A stretch of DNA of 64,000 nucleotides from an uncultured delta proteobacterium (GTDB lineage: Bacteria; Desulfobacterota; Binatia; UBA9968), in NCBI GenBank assembly GCA_963801935.1, contig CAWDHA010000035.1:8852-72851 (forward strand), given 5' to 3'. Positions 27,535 to 39,852 of this stretch are shown here, piece after piece. Numbering within the stretch: the first letter of the stretch is position 1; every line of letters begins with the position of its first letter. Below the pieces are notes generated by a model. That model searched no databases, was not told the DNA's origin, and worked only from the letters and a program-made list of their open reading frames with translations. The translations under genes were made by a program, and so were the position numbers.

Positions 27535-27621
27535 AGGTTCCCGGCCGTGAGCTTGGTCGAACGGTCGAACCGCGACCGGAGAGACTTTCTCCTCGGCCGT
27601 AATCTCGTGAATAATGCAGGC
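27535..27621. mobile_element. MITE-1-related terminal fragment in the flgC-fliE intergenic gap
   Basis: The sequence ...ggccgtgagcttggtcgaacggtcgaaccgcgaccggagagactttctcctcggccgtaatctcgtgaataatgcaggc|TA aligns with 56421-56509 and with the right end of the 44781-44981 copy. It ends in CTAG, which overlaps the flgC TAG stop. Confidence 0.6.
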
Positions 27622-28076
27622 TAGGCATTGCGGCCGATTTCCAACAGTCTTCGGACCAGATCCTTTGGTCGCGTTGTATGCGGTCAAATTCGCTTCATAA
27701 CTGCGTACCGCCGACATCAGGTCGACCATTTCTTCGATGACGTTGATGTCCGGAAGCGAAACATAACCGGCGCTGTCGGCATCCGGATGATTGGCATCAA
27801 AAATTTGCCGCGGCGCCCGGCTCGACTTGGCGAATGCCCGCCACTTCGACGGACAATAAACCTTCGCGAACGATCGAAAAAATCCTCGGCCAGCAAATCA
27901 CCGAACTCAGCGCCCGTTGGCACCGCTCTAAACAGGATATCGCGGCGCCGGTAAGGTCCGCCTTCCGGCGTCCGGGTGGTTTCGGTGTTGGCCAGATTGC
28001 CGCTGATGACGCTCATGCGCTCGCGTTGCGCCGCCATTCCGGCGCCGCTGATAGCAAACATTTTAAAAAGATTCAT
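27621..28076 (-). CDS. flgC: flagellar basal-body rod protein FlgC (at least 3 apparent frameshifts)
   Basis: N-terminus MNLFKMFAISGAGMAAQRERMSVISGNLANTETTRTPEGGPY. The reading then passes through SVEVAGIRQVEPGA and APRQIFDANHPDADSAGYVSLPDINVIEEMVDLMSAVRSYEANLTAYNATK in other frames. The inferred end KDLVRRLLEIGRNA* stops at 27621-27623. Confidence 0.75.
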
Positions 28077-28082
28077 AGTCGT

Positions 28083-28491
28083 TTAGCTCCTGCCGTCGCT
28101 GATGACGTAGCGCAACTTGGCGAGCGCCCGTGAAAACAAGGTCAAATTGGCTTCATAGGACAAGCGCGTTTTCGTTGAACAGCGCGATTTGCCGGTCAAG
28201 GCTCACGCGATTACCATCGAGCCGTTCCTCGCCATGGCGCGCGCCATCGGTGACGGGCTCATAGACTGCTGCATCGATGCTTAGCGGTGCCGCAAGTATT
28301 TCATCCATCTGTCGCTGCCGCGAAATCGGACGATCATCGAGTTCCATGGCGGTTTGCATGATCGATTGAAAATCCAAGTCGCGGGGACGAAAGCCGGGCG
28401 TGTCGGCGTTGGCAATGTTGGCGCTCAGCACCTCATGGCGCGCGCCGCGCGCGCGCATCGACAGCTCGAGCAATTGCCCCGTGAAACCCAA
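28083..28491 (-). CDS. flgB: flagellar basal-body rod protein FlgB (apparent frameshift near 28155)
   Basis: RHEVLSANIANADTPGFRPRD. The C-terminal SYEANLTLFSRALAKLRYVISDGRS* reads in another frame and stops at 28083-28085, followed by the AGGAG RBS of flgC. TTG start at 28491 (uncertain). Confidence 0.75.
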
Positions 28492-28509
28492 CAGGCTTGA
28501 AGCCGGCCA

Positions 28510-29881
28510 TTATAATTCTCCCTGGTACTGTTTCTCGCGGTATTGCTTGAGCTTGTTGCGCAGGGTGCGCACGCTGATGCCCAACAGCTTGGCGGCTTGA
28601 GTGCGGTTATCGTCGACTTGCCTGAGCGTCTTAAAAATCAATTGCTCCTCCATCGCGCGCACCGAGACCATGCTGTCCGGCTTGGCTGGCGGCGCTGGAT
28701 CGCTGCTGTTCTGAGCGTCGGCGCGCTTGGCTGCGCGCCGATAAAATCTTGATCTGATCCCAAGCCTTCTTCGAGCAGCAGATGCGCCGGTTCGATGATG
28801 CCGCCGTCAGCGACGATCGCCGCGCGCTCTAGCACATTGAATAATTCGCGGACATTGCCGCGCCACGGATTGCTCTTGAGCTGGCTCAGCGCCGCGGCCG
28901 TGAGCTCTGCCCGCGGATAACCGTGTTTCGCAAAAAAAGCTCGCGCCAGCGGCGCGATGTCTTCGCTGCGCTCGCGCAGCGGGAAAAGCCTGACCGGCAC
29001 GACGTTCAGTCGATAGAAAAGATCTTCGCGGAAAGTTCCCGAGCGGATCATCTCGCGGAGATCGCGGTTGGTCGTGGAGATCACCCGAATATCGATCGGC
29101 AACGGTTTTTTTCCACCGACGCGATCGACCTCGCGTTCCTGCAAGACCCGCAGAAGTTTAGCCTGAAGCGCCATCGGCATCTCGCTGATTTCGTCGAGTA
29201 AAATAGTGCCCGCGTCGGCGAGCTCGAACTTGCCCGGCTTGTTGCTAACGGCGCCCGTGAAGGCGCCGCGTTCGTGACCGAATAATTCTGATTCCAGGAG
29301 GCCGTCGGGCAAGGCGGCGCAGTTGACCGCGACAAACGGGCCGGAGCTCCGGCGGCTGTGTCCGTGGATGTCGCGCGCCAGCAGTTCTTTACCCGTGCCG
29401 CTCTCGCCTTGAATCAAGATCGAAGCGTGGGATTTGGCCACGTGGCGGACAAAATCGAGCAGCGCGAGCATGCGCGGATGCGCGCTGACGATGTCGCCGT
29501 CAGGTACGGCGCCGGCTTCGTCGCGGCCGGCCCGCGATAACGCCGATTCAACCAAGCGCTATCAGCTCGCGGTACGAAAAAGGCTTGACGACGAAGTCAT
29601 AAGCGCCGATTTTCATGGCCTCGACCGCTTCGGGCACGGTAGCAAACCCGCTGATCATGATAAAAGGAATGCTGGGTAAACTGCTTGAGCAGCTCCAGGC
29701 CGCCGAGTTCCGGCATGCGGATATCGCTGATGACCAGATCGGCGCCGTAGCGGCGCAGATGCTGCTCGGCTTCGCCGCCGTGGCAGAAAACTTCCGCGTT
29801 ATAGCCGGCCGTGCGGAGCGCCTCGCCCAGGGCCGAACGCATGGTTGGATCATCGTCCGCGATCACGACTCGGTTGTGCAT
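28510..29881 (-). CDS. sigma54-dependent response regulator, NtrC/FlrC/FleR-like (REC + AAA+ + Fis-type HTH; at least 3 apparent frameshifts)
   Basis: REC: MHNRVVIADDDPTMRSAL...LVISDIRMPELGG, then IPFIMISGFATVPEAVEAMKIGAYDFVVKPF in a second frame. AAA+: [19 protein letters not shown]...ESELFGHERGAFTGA. HTH: NRTQAAKLLGISVRTLRNKLKQY in a third frame, with a stop at 28510-28512. Confidence 0.8.
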
Positions 29882-29885
29882 GGGT

Positions 29886-31107
29886 CTATAACTCCTCAGC
29901 CGCGGGTAAAAACACCGAGAACCTGGTTCCCCGTTCGCTCGCCGCGGCGATTTCGATCGAGCCGCCATGGGCGCTGATGATCTTGTGAGTGAACGCCAGC
30001 CCAAGGCCTGTGCCTTGGGCTTTCGTCGTAAAAAACGGATCGAAGATGCGCTCGCGGTTTTCCGGCGAGATGCCGGTTCCCTGGTCGCTGACCCTGACTT
30101 CGATCGCCTTATGGATCTGGCCGTTGATCGCTGAGAACGGCGACAGTTGCGCGCGCACAGCGACTGCGCCCGCCGTCAGGCATGGCTTCCTTGGCATTGA
30201 CGATCAAATTGAGCAGCGCCTGGGCCAACAAGCCGCGATCGCCCCATACCGGCTGGAGCCCGGTTTCGCAGCTGAAAAGAACCCGCCAGCGCGAATCGTT
30301 AAACAGCGGCTGTGAATCCGCTTGTAAATCCTCCATCAGCGACTCGACCGCCAGCACATCGCCGGCCATCGTTGGCTCGGATGCAAAAGACAGGAGATGG
30401 GAAAGGGTTGTATAGAGTCGCTGTACGGCGCTCAAAATCTCGCCTGCCAGACGCTGCGGATCGCCCGTGGACTTTTCTTTGAGCAGCGAAGCGTAGAGCT
30501 CTATGCCGCCCAGCGGGCTCCGTACCTGATGCGCGATCTCCGAAGCCATGATGCCGAGCGACGCCAGACGGCGGGTCCGCGCTGTTTCCGCTTCGAGGCG
30601 TTTGAGCGTCGTGATATCTTGAAATACCAACACGTATTCATTGTCGCGCTGCCCGGTGGCCACCGCGGAAAGCACGAAGTGCACCGGCGTCATGACGCCA
30701 CCGGGGCCCTGCACGACCTTCTCGCATTCCAGAGGCAAAAAATTTTCTTCGCCGCGCTGCAAGCTGGCGGCGATTTTAGCGCCGAGCAGTTGCACGGCGC
30801 GTTCAGCGTTAACCTGTCCTAGCAGCTCGGTAACGCGGCGGTTGACAAAAGTCGGCTGAAGTTTCCGATCGAGGACGAGCACACCGGCTTTGAGGCTCTC
30901 GAGCACCGACAGCAGGTAGGCGCGCGCCTCTTCGCGTTCGCGCAGGCTCGCCTCCAGCTCTCTGTGCTTGGAGTCGAGTTCACCTTTGAGGTAGGCGGCA
31001 CGTTGCGTCGAGCCGGCGATACTCCTCGATGAGCTCGACACTGCTCTGGTTAAACCAGCCGATGAGCCCGGTGAGGGCTTGAACATTTTCCTGCGGCTGA
31101 TTGAGCG
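29886..31107 (-). CDS. PAS sensor histidine kinase, FlrB/FleS-like (at least 2 apparent frameshifts)
   Basis: ATG 31107 is preceded by GAGGAGG. H-box MASEIAHQVRSPLGGI. N-box LLNLIVNAKEAMP. In a second frame: VSDQGTGISPENRERIFDPFFTTKAQGTGLGLAF. The stop lies 2 nt before the response-regulator ATG. Confidence 0.8.
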
Positions 31108-31150
31108 GCAACGGCATTTTTTGCCTCCTCGATTCCCGGAGTAAGCTTCG

Positions 31151-32352
<1,202 letters not shown>

Positions 32353-32404
32353 AGGCGCTCCTTTACTGATTTCGATTTCCAAGAAATTGATCGTTTGCCG
32401 TTTT

Positions 32405-32420
32405 AGCACGCTCCATGCCA
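32405..32420 (-). promoter_or_regulatory. candidate sigma54 promoter upstream of the receiver-less activator gene
   Basis: The minus strand reads TGGCAT-GGAGC-GTGCT (GG-N10-GC), about 55-70 nt upstream of ATG 32352. Confidence 0.4.
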
Positions 32421-32809
32421 TTGGTTTCCCACCCGCCAAACCGGCTTTAACTAACCGGCAAGTAAGGCATTTTCTGGCACGAACAGCACCGGGGAAATTG
32501 TTTCCTAGCGGCAATAAATTAACGCGTCGGAGTTGCGCCGTTAAAACATTGCCGTCAACGAGCCGCGCAATGGATGAAAATCGGGGTCCGGAATTCACTG
32601 AGGATGGAGGCGTGGTGCAGCCGGCGGAGCTGAGTTTTTCTGGCGAGGTGAGCCGAAACTCGCGGTCCGCCGCGAGCGCGAAAGTATTTTTAGGTAACGA
32701 GCAGCGTGCCAAACCTGCGCACCAAGGGAGAGCGAAGGGGCAAGAAATGGGAATCAGCGGCGGCGCAGCAACGCAATCGATCAAGTAGCAGCGCGGGCTG
32801 CTGAACCTG

Positions 32810-34126
32810 TCATTGCTTTATTTTACTCTGATTGCCGACGATCACGGTGATCAGTTTCTCGGGCTGCAGATAACGCTTGGCGACCCGCAGCACGTCTTCT
32901 CGGCTCACTGCTCCGATCAAACCTGCATAACGATCGGGATAATCCAAACCAAGCTCAAAAAATTCCACCTGCGCGAGGAAACTCGCAACCTTTCGGTTAG
33001 TGTCCAAACGCAGCGGAAAACTGCCGGTCAAGAAGTCTTCGGCGTCGTTTAATTCCTGCGCACTCACCGGTTCGTTGCGGATGCGATCGATCTCCTCGCG
33101 GGCAATGCGCAGCGCCGCGCCGGCGCTGTCATTTTCGGTCTGCATGACGAACTGAAAACTGCCATGGCTTTTGTCCGCGTTGAAATGGCTGTAGACCGAA
33201 TACGCCAGGCCGCGCTGGTTGCGCACCGACTCCATCGCCCGGGATGAAAAACCGCCGCCGCCTAAAATATTGTTCATAACTTGAATAGCGTAGTAATCCG
33301 GATCGCCGCGCGTCACGCCTCCATGTCCCATGATAATGTTCGCTTGAGTCAAATCTTTGTTTACGCGAATCAAAGCCGGTGCGCCGCTGACGGGCACGGG
33401 CGGCTTGCTGCCGGGCTCGCCTCTTTTCCAAGGACGGAACGCTTCGCTCAAAGCCGTTGCCATCTCATCAGCGCTAATGTCGCCGACGACAGCCATAATC
33501 GTCCGGTTGGGCCGGTAGTTCTGATTGTAAAAGTCGCGCAGGTGTAGCTGTTCAATCGCCGCCAGCGACGACTCCGAGCCCTCGACCGGACGGCCATAGG
33601 GACTGCTCGGGAAGAGCGCCGCGGCGAATCGCCGTTCGGCGATATCGCCGGGGTCTTCTTCGCGCGCTCTGAGAGACGCGACGATCGCCCCCTTCTGGCG
33701 TTCAATCTCCGCTGGCGGGAACACCGACTCGGTCAGCACTTCGGTCAGGAGCGACAGCCCTGCCGCCAGATCTTTTTTGAGTATGGTCATACTCACGTTG
33801 GCAAGGTTGTCGTCGCAGCCGGTGGCGAGACTGGCGCCCAGGAAATCAAGAGCCTCGCTGATTTCCAATGCTGAGCGCCATTCAGTGCCGTAGGTCAGGA
33901 GCCGCGCCGCCAGATGAGCGAGACCTTCTTGGCCGGCGCCGTCGTAGCGCGAACCCGCGTCGATCAGAAGCTCAATCGAAACCATCGGCAGTGCCCGCTG
34001 TTCCGAAACCAGCAGGACAATGCCGTTCTCGAGCACGATCCTTTTCGGCGTCATTGCCGCTGCCCCAGGCGGGAGCGCCGCGAGCGCGCCGAGCGCGGAC
34101 AATAATACCAGAGCGGTTTTTTTCAT
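32810..34126 (-). CDS. M16-family peptidase, non-catalytic partner subunit (secreted)
   Basis: It has a signal-peptide-like N-terminus and M16 fold blocks, but the position of the zinc motif reads HLAAR instead of HxxEH. It overlaps the upstream M16 gene by 4 nt. Confidence 0.75.
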   Translation of the reverse strand: MKKTALVLLSALGALAALPPGAAAMTPKRIVLENGIVLLVSEQRALPMVSIELLIDAGSRYDGAGQEGLAHLAARLLTYGTEWRSALEISEALDFLGASLATGCDDNLANVSMTILKKDLAAGLSLLTEVLTESVFPPAEIERQKGAIVASLRAREEDPGDIAERRFAAALFPSSPYGRPVEGSESSLAAIEQLHLRDFYNQNYRPNRTIMAVVGDISADEMATALSEAFRPWKRGEPGSKPPVPVSGAPALIRVNKDLTQANIIMGHGGVTRGDPDYYAIQVMNNILGGGGFSSRAMESVRNQRGLAYSVYSHFNADKSHGSFQFVMQTENDSAGAALRIAREEIDRIRNEPVSAQELNDAEDFLTGSFPLRLDTNRKVASFLAQVEFFELGLDYPDRYAGLIGAVSREDVLRVAKRYLQPEKLITVIVGNQSKIKQ

Positions 34127-35469
34127 TGCGCCTTTGCTTTAATTGGCATCAGAGTTCCAACGGTTCTCTTGTCGCGGTCCAAATATTGCCGCGCGACGCG
34201 CCGGATATCTTCACGAGTGACTGCGCGAATGCCATCAATATATGAGTCCATTCGCCGCCAGTCGCCGGTAACTTCATAATAACCGATCTTCATGGCTTGG
34301 CCGAAAATAGAATCCTGGGAGAAGATAAAGCTGGCTTCGATTTGATTCTTCGCCTTCTGCAGCTCCCGATCACTGATCAAATTTTCTTTGAGCGAATCGA
34401 GCGCGCGCTCGATCTCGAGCTCGACCTCGGCGGGCTCTTTGCCGGGCATCAATTGCGCGCTGATAGTCAGTCCCGATGGATCGATCGACACGCTGCTGTA
34501 GTCGGCGTCGATATTGCGCGTCAGCCGTTTTTGATAAACCAGATCGTGGTAAAGACGCGAGCTGCGCCCGGCAGCGAGCACAACCGTCAACAGATCCAAG
34601 GCAAAGTTATCGGGGTGGCTAAGGTTCGGCGCATGATAGAACATCAGAAGAAAAGGTAACTCGGCCTCCTTCTTGACGATCACCCGGCGCTCGCCATTTT
34701 GCGCCGGCTCTTCTACCCTGACCTTCGGCGGCACCGGCCCGCGCGCGATCTTACCATAGGCCGCTTTGATCTTCGGCAGCAGCTCTTCGGTGGAGAAATC
34801 GCCGGTTACCACGATGAAAGCGTTGTTGGGCGAGTAATACTGCCGGTAAAAATCGACCATGTCCTGGCGCGTTAGATTCTGGATATCATCCATCCAACCG
34901 ATGATCGGCCGGCGGTAGGGGTGCACGGTGTAGGCGATCGCATTGGCGACTTCGGCAAGCGCCGCTATCGGATTGTCCTCGGTGCGCAAACGGCGTTCTT
35001 CCTGGATCACTTTCTTTTCAGGTTCGAAATAAAGCTCACCCAGCAGGGCGTGGGTCATGCGTTCCGCTTCCAAGTCGAGCTGGATGCCGATCTTTTCCCG
35101 GCTCATGGTGGCGAAGTATGCGGTCACGTCGGTAGTGGTAAAGGCATTGGAGCGCCCGCCGTTCTTGGCAATGATGCGCGAATATTCTTCCGGTTCAGTC
35201 TCCGGCGTGCCTTTAAACATCATGTGTTCGAGAAAGTGCGCCATGCCGCTCTTGCCGTCTTTTTCGTTGCGCGAGCCAACTCGATACCAGACTTGAAAAG
35301 TCACCGCCGGACTCTTGTGATCTTCCAGTAACAGCACCTTCAAGCCGTTATCGAGCACGAACTCGCCAACGTTGGTCGCGTGCGCCGGGCTGGACGCCAA
35401 CCCGGTCCCCAGGAGCAGAGCCATCGAGCTAAAAAATGATCGGACCATAGTCACTTCAAGGTAAATCAC
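34123..35469 (-). CDS. M16-family zinc metallopeptidase (pitrilysin-like, catalytic subunit)
   Basis: An inverted zinc motif HFLEH is present in GMAHFLEHMMFKG. The N-terminus looks like a signal peptide. Confidence 0.85.
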   Translation of the reverse strand: MIYLEVTMVRSFFSSMALLLGTGLASSPAHATNVGEFVLDNGLKVLLLEDHKSPAVTFQVWYRVGSRNEKDGKSGMAHFLEHMMFKGTPETEPEEYSRIIAKNGGRSNAFTTTDVTAYFATMSREKIGIQLDLEAERMTHALLGELYFEPEKKVIQEERRLRTEDNPIAALAEVANAIAYTVHPYRRPIIGWMDDIQNLTRQDMVDFYRQYYSPNNAFIVVTGDFSTEELLPKIKAAYGKIARGPVPPKVRVEEPAQNGERRVIVKKEAELPFLLMFYHAPNLSHPDNFALDLLTVVLAAGRSSRLYHDLVYQKRLTRNIDADYSSVSIDPSGLTISAQLMPGKEPAEVELEIERALDSLKENLISDRELQKAKNQIEASFIFSQDSIFGQAMKIGYYEVTGDWRRMDSYIDGIRAVTREDIRRVARQYLDRDKRTVGTLMPIKAKAQ

Positions 35470-35619
35470 GCGGAGTCAAAGTCAAGGCGAGGTTGGCCGC
35501 GCAGGCGCGCGCCACCCAGAGCCGCGCCGCCGGCTACGCGCAGGCGGCGGGCAAAGCAGTGCGCGGCTTCAAAAAACTAGGTAGACCGATCCGCAAGACC
35601 GAAGCGATTTGCCCGGTCG

Positions 35620-36807
35620 TTACCGGTGTAGTGCCAGGAAGGCGAAGACCTTGGCTGCGTTAAAAACGTTATTGAGCGAAACCAGATCGTGATCGGTATG
35701 TTGAAAGCGGATATCGCGGGCGCCGTAATTAATTGCCTGAATGCCGCGAAAGTTAAATAGACCGGTATCGTTGGCAGCCGTTGAAAAACTAAACTGCGGC
35801 TCATAACCGAGCATCGTCCGAATCCCCTGCTCCAAGGCCTGCACCACCTCGGCCTCCTTGGGCACTTCGCTGGGATACATGAAGTCGCGCGGCTCGATGG
35901 TGATCTCAAATGGCTCAATTTCTCCGATGCTGTCTCTCATCTGCTGGATCGCCTTGGCCGGATCGTCGCCCGGCAATAGACGGCGGTCGAACATCATCCG
36001 GCATTCGCTTTGAATGGTGTGAGTCGCTTTGGGAAAGCTTTCGATGGCATTAGCCGCCAAGCTGACTTTGCCAAGCTCGGGGTGCGTTCTGCTTTCCGGG
36101 TAGGGCATCAACGCCTCGAGTTTCGCCAACGCCTTCATCGCGCCGTCGATGGCATTTAATCCCTCCCAGGGACGGCTGCTGTGCGCCTGCTTGCCCTTTA
36201 CGGTGACGAGCACATCCACGCGTCCCTTGTTGCCGAGCTGAATCTCGGGCGGCCCATCGATAATGCACCAGTCGGCATCGACATTGCCGCCGTCCAACAC
36301 ATGGGCCAAAGAATTATGGCGACCGGTCTCACCGGCGGTGCTGACGACGAAAAACAGATCGCTTGGCAGCTCAGCCCCGGTAACACCGATGAAACGGAGC
36401 GCCGTCATCATCGCCGCCAGGCTGCCCTTCTGTTCGCAGGCGCCGCGGCCCCAGACGCATTCGCCGTGAAGCTTATACGGCGCGCCATCGACGACTTCGC
36501 CCGAATAAGGATTGGCCATCGTGCTTGGCGCCGCGTTCATGGCGTAGCCCACCAGGATAAGCCTGCCGCTCGGCTCGCGGCCTTTGATGCGCAGCACGAG
36601 ATTGCCGAGCTTATCAATCGCTGGATGCAAACCCGCCAGCTCGAGTTCGGGTTGGATCACGCCGGTGATCAGCGCAAGCACCTGCGGCTCGGATTCGAGC
36701 GCAGCCGTCTGCGGGCTTGGATGCTGAAGCAGTTTTATCGCCAGCCGTTTGACCTCGTCATAGTAGAGACCTTTTTCGATCAGTTTTTTGGCTATCTGTG
36801 CTTCCAT
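35620..36807 (-). CDS. M20-family metallohydrolase (ArgE/DapE/carboxypeptidase-like)
   Basis: 395 aa. GRGACEQKGSLAAMM, HSSRPWEGLNAI and a C-terminal RFQHTDHD block are typical of M20 enzymes. Confidence 0.7.
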   Translation of the reverse strand: MEAQIAKKLIEKGLYYDEVKRLAIKLLQHPSPQTAALESEPQVLALITGVIQPELELAGLHPAIDKLGNLVLRIKGREPSGRLILVGYAMNAAPSTMANPYSGEVVDGAPYKLHGECVWGRGACEQKGSLAAMMTALRFIGVTGAELPSDLFFVVSTAGETGRHNSLAHVLDGGNVDADWCIIDGPPEIQLGNKGRVDVLVTVKGKQAHSSRPWEGLNAIDGAMKALAKLEALMPYPESRTHPELGKVSLAANAIESFPKATHTIQSECRMMFDRRLLPGDDPAKAIQQMRDSIGEIEPFEITIEPRDFMYPSEVPKEAEVVQALEQGIRTMLGYEPQFSFSTAANDTGLFNFRGIQAINYGARDIRFQHTDHDLVSLNNVFNAAKVFAFLALHR

Positions 36808-36896
36808 AAAACAAAACGCCCTTCCTATTTTACTTTAAGCAACGGGCACAGCCTGCTGCGCTGCTACTGCCTGTTGCCGCTCGCCTCTGCCTGCCT

Positions 36897-38609
36897 TCAG
36901 ACTTCTCCGCCGGCGTGGCCGAGGCGCCGCACCAGAATGATCAGGCTGATGCAAACCACGCTGACAATCAGCGCCAGGGAACACATCGGGCCGAGATTGC
37001 CGTCAACGTAAAAATGATAGAGCAACGGCCCCAAAGGCTCGGCGCCCGGCGAATAGAGAAATACCGACATGCTGAACTCACGCAGATAGATCGTCGCCAG
37101 TATGATCCAACCGGCGATAAACCCGGGCCGCAGCAGCGGCAGTAAGATGCGCCGGAAAGTCGTCAGGAAGCTGGCGCCGCAAACCGTCGAGGCCTGTTGC
37201 AGATCGTCATGGAGCTGAACGATCGTGCTGGTCATGGTGCGCAGACCATAAGGCAGAAAGCGGGTGATATAGCCGATCAGCAAAATCCACAGCGTACCGT
37301 AAATCGGCAACGGCATGTAAACATAGGTCCATAGGAGCCCAATGGCCAGCGCCGTTCCCGGAAAAGCCCACGGAATAAAGGTCAGCGCTTCGATCACGCC
37401 GCTGCCGGCTGCTTTGCTTTTGGTCGTCACCCACGCGCTGAGCGCGGCAATCAGCATGCACAAGGTCGCGCCGCCGACGCTGAGCAGCAGGCTGTTCTTC
37501 AAAGCGCGAAAGGTGCGCGCGTCGCTCAAGTTGGCGCGATAGTTTTCCAGGGTCAGAAGCTCCCAGGTCTTCGCGCCCGGCACATGGACGTAAGTGATAA
37601 AGGAAACATAAATCATCACCACAAATGGCAAAACCACAATCAGCGAAAGGATCGAACCGGCGAGCGCCGATGCGGCGTAGCGCCAGCTTCCCAGGTCGAT
37701 GATCGTCGGCCGGTAGCCGCGCCCGGAAACGGTGACGTAGCGCTCGGCGCGCGCCGTCAGGCGCCGGTAGAAATAAACGAACACCATGGTAATCACGAGC
37801 AGCGACACCGCGTAGGCAGCGGCGAGGTTCTGATTGGGCGGAAACGCGCCGATGGCTTCGCGGTAGATCTTGGTCGTAAACACTTCGATGCGCGCCGGCA
37901 GCGCGATGATCGCCGGGGTATCGAAACTTTCGATGGCGCGAACGAAATTAAGCATCGCCGAGGCCAGCAGCGCCGGGCGTATGATCGGCAAAGTAATCCG
38001 CCGGGCGATCTGAAAGTTCGCTCGAGCCGGCAACCCGCGCGGATTCCTCGAGAGCAGGGTCCATCGAGTAGAGCGCCGCCGAAATCAGCAGAAACGCCAG
38101 AGGCGCGGTGATCAATGCTTCGACAAAGATCATTCCCGGGATCGAATAGATGTTGAGCGGCGCTTCGGCAAAGCCGAACAATTCGATGAGCGCGCGGTTT
38201 ATCGAGCCCGGTGCGCGGGCTCAGGAGCACCGTCCACGAAACCGCCAGCATGACCGGCGGAAAGATATTGGGAACGATGGCGGTGAGCTCGAAGAGTTTT
38301 CTGAACGGCGCGTTGGTGCGAATCGAAATCCACGCCAGGGTCGCCGCCAGTACCGTCGCCAGCAGCGCTGAACCGGCGGCAAACAGAAATGAGTTGAAAA
38401 GCAGTTCGTAGGTCAGCCGGTCGCTGTAGGCGTTGATATAGTGGACCAGCGAGAACTCGCCGGGCACGCCGAGCGGCTTGCTCACGAAAGCTGCCGTAGA
38501 AAAGCATGAGGGTCGGCGACAGGCTCAGGTAAGCGATAATAACGCCGGCGAACAGCACCACCGACAACTGGGGATCGCGCTTAAACATCGCCACTGCGCG
38601 ATTTAACAT
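36897..38609 (-). CDS. fused two-module ABC transporter permease, Fe3+/polyamine (FbpB/AfuB-like) type (3 apparent frameshifts)
   Basis: Four frame segments join into one roughly 570-aa, 12-TM permease: MLNRAVAMFKRDPQLSVVLFAGV..., then ...LATVLAATLAWISIRTNAPFRKLFE..., then ...MDPALEESARVAG..., then the 378-aa ORF 36897..38033 containing LHDDLQQASTVCGAS. Both halves carry the EAA-type loop. Confidence 0.75.
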
Positions 38610-38734
38610 GGCCGCCTCGATTTCATCTCAAACGGTTGATCACAAACAATGATCGATAGACAACTACAGAACGACGAAGGCCGGCGCAAGGCCGGCCCTC
38701 TCATCAAGTCGCGCGAGTTTACTCCCGGCTAGAG

Positions 38735-39790
38735 CTACTTGGCATAAAAGATTTCGCGGAACGTTCCGCTCATCAATTTCTTGAATTCCTCAGCCGAAGG
38801 GTTGTCCATTAGAACAATGTTCGGCTGAACTTTTTCCGCATCCTTGATCGGCGGCAGCACACCCGGCGCAAAGACGAACTCGCCGTCCTCGGCGATATGT
38901 TTCTGTCCTTCCACCGAACAGGCATAGTCGACGTAAAGCTTGGCGGCGTTGGGATTGGCCGCCTTGATCCCGACCGACATGTAATTGGGATCGGCCAGGT
39001 ATTTGTCCATGAGCACGTAATGCACCGGACCCTTGTACTGCTTGACGTACTTGATGTAGGTGATGCCGACGGCGGCTTCGCCCTTGATGACCGAGGTCGT
39101 AACCGGCGCCAGCGAATCCACCAGCACGGGCTTTTGCTTCGCCAGGCCGCGAACCAAATCGAGCCAGTTGTCTTTTTTAAACTTGCTCAGGTTCCACAGG
39201 AACTGCGCGGTGGTCGTGTGCCGCGTCGGATCGGGCATCGAGATCTTGTTTGTCCATTTAGGCTGCAACAGATCGTCGTAAGACTTCGGCAGCTCGGCCG
39301 GCTTGACCATATCGGTGTTGTAAATAATGCTGATCGGCAATACCCGCCAGGGCGTAATCAAGCCGTCTTTTTCGATGACTTGCGCGGGGAATTTTTCCGC
39401 GGCCGGCGGCAGGAACTTGGTGAACAAACCCTCCGACTTCATGATCAGTTGCACGCCGCGGTTGCCCTCGACGACGTCGAAGCCGGGCTTACCGGCGCGC
39501 CACTCGGTCAGCGCGCGTTCAGAAACTTTGGTTGAGTCGCCGCGCCAGTACTCGACTTTGATGCCGTACTTGGACTCGAATCCTTTATTGAAATCCTCCA
39601 TCGCCTGGGGTACGACCGAGCCATAGACGACCACTCTGCCTTCCTTCTTTGCTTGATCGACATTGACGGTTTGGGCCGTGCCGTTAACTGGAGCGAAGAT
39701 CGCCGCGCACAAGACGGCCAGGCCGAGGCGCAGCACCGCATGTAATCCTTTCACAAACACCTCCTGAAGATAAATTGCCAGATGACGCAT
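38735..39790 (-). CDS. ABC transporter periplasmic substrate-binding protein (Fe3+/family-1 type), paralog 1
   Basis: Signal-peptide-like N-terminus. EGRVVVYGSVVPQAMEDFNKGFESKYGIKVEYWRGDS is typical of FbpA/AfuA-like binding proteins. Confidence 0.75.
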   Translation of the reverse strand: MRHLAIYLQEVFVKGLHAVLRLGLAVLCAAIFAPVNGTAQTVNVDQAKKEGRVVVYGSVVPQAMEDFNKGFESKYGIKVEYWRGDSTKVSERALTEWRAGKPGFDVVEGNRGVQLIMKSEGLFTKFLPPAAEKFPAQVIEKDGLITPWRVLPISIIYNTDMVKPAELPKSYDDLLQPKWTNKISMPDPTRHTTTAQFLWNLSKFKKDNWLDLVRGLAKQKPVLVDSLAPVTTSVIKGEAAVGITYIKYVKQYKGPVHYVLMDKYLADPNYMSVGIKAANPNAAKLYVDYACSVEGQKHIAEDGEFVFAPGVLPPIKDAEKVQPNIVLMDNPSAEEFKKLMSGTFREIFYAK

Positions 39791-39852
39791 CGCTTTCTAC
39801 CGGCTAAGTCAGAATTAACTTGATTTCTCCGAGCATTTCAAATTGCGCTATC

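Noticed and set aside
28492-28512. GG-N10-GC pattern (TGGCCG-GCTTC-AAGCC) just upstream of flgB, considered as a sigma54 promoter. A weaker TGGGCA-N5-GTGCG about 95 nt upstream was also seen.
   Set aside because: The first lies only a few nucleotides from the flgB start codon, and its -12 region does not resemble TTGC. The second matches the consensus poorly and lies inside the regulator's HTH coding sequence.
32353-32784. 144-codon N-terminal extension of the activator ORF 31591..32784, which could have been a FleQ/REC-type regulatory domain.
   Set aside because: The translation is Cys/Pro-rich and unlike any receiver domain. The region contains the sigma54-like promoter and a good RBS (AAAGGAG) for the internal ATG at 32352. 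A frameshift-hidden domain cannot be fully excluded without corrected sequence.
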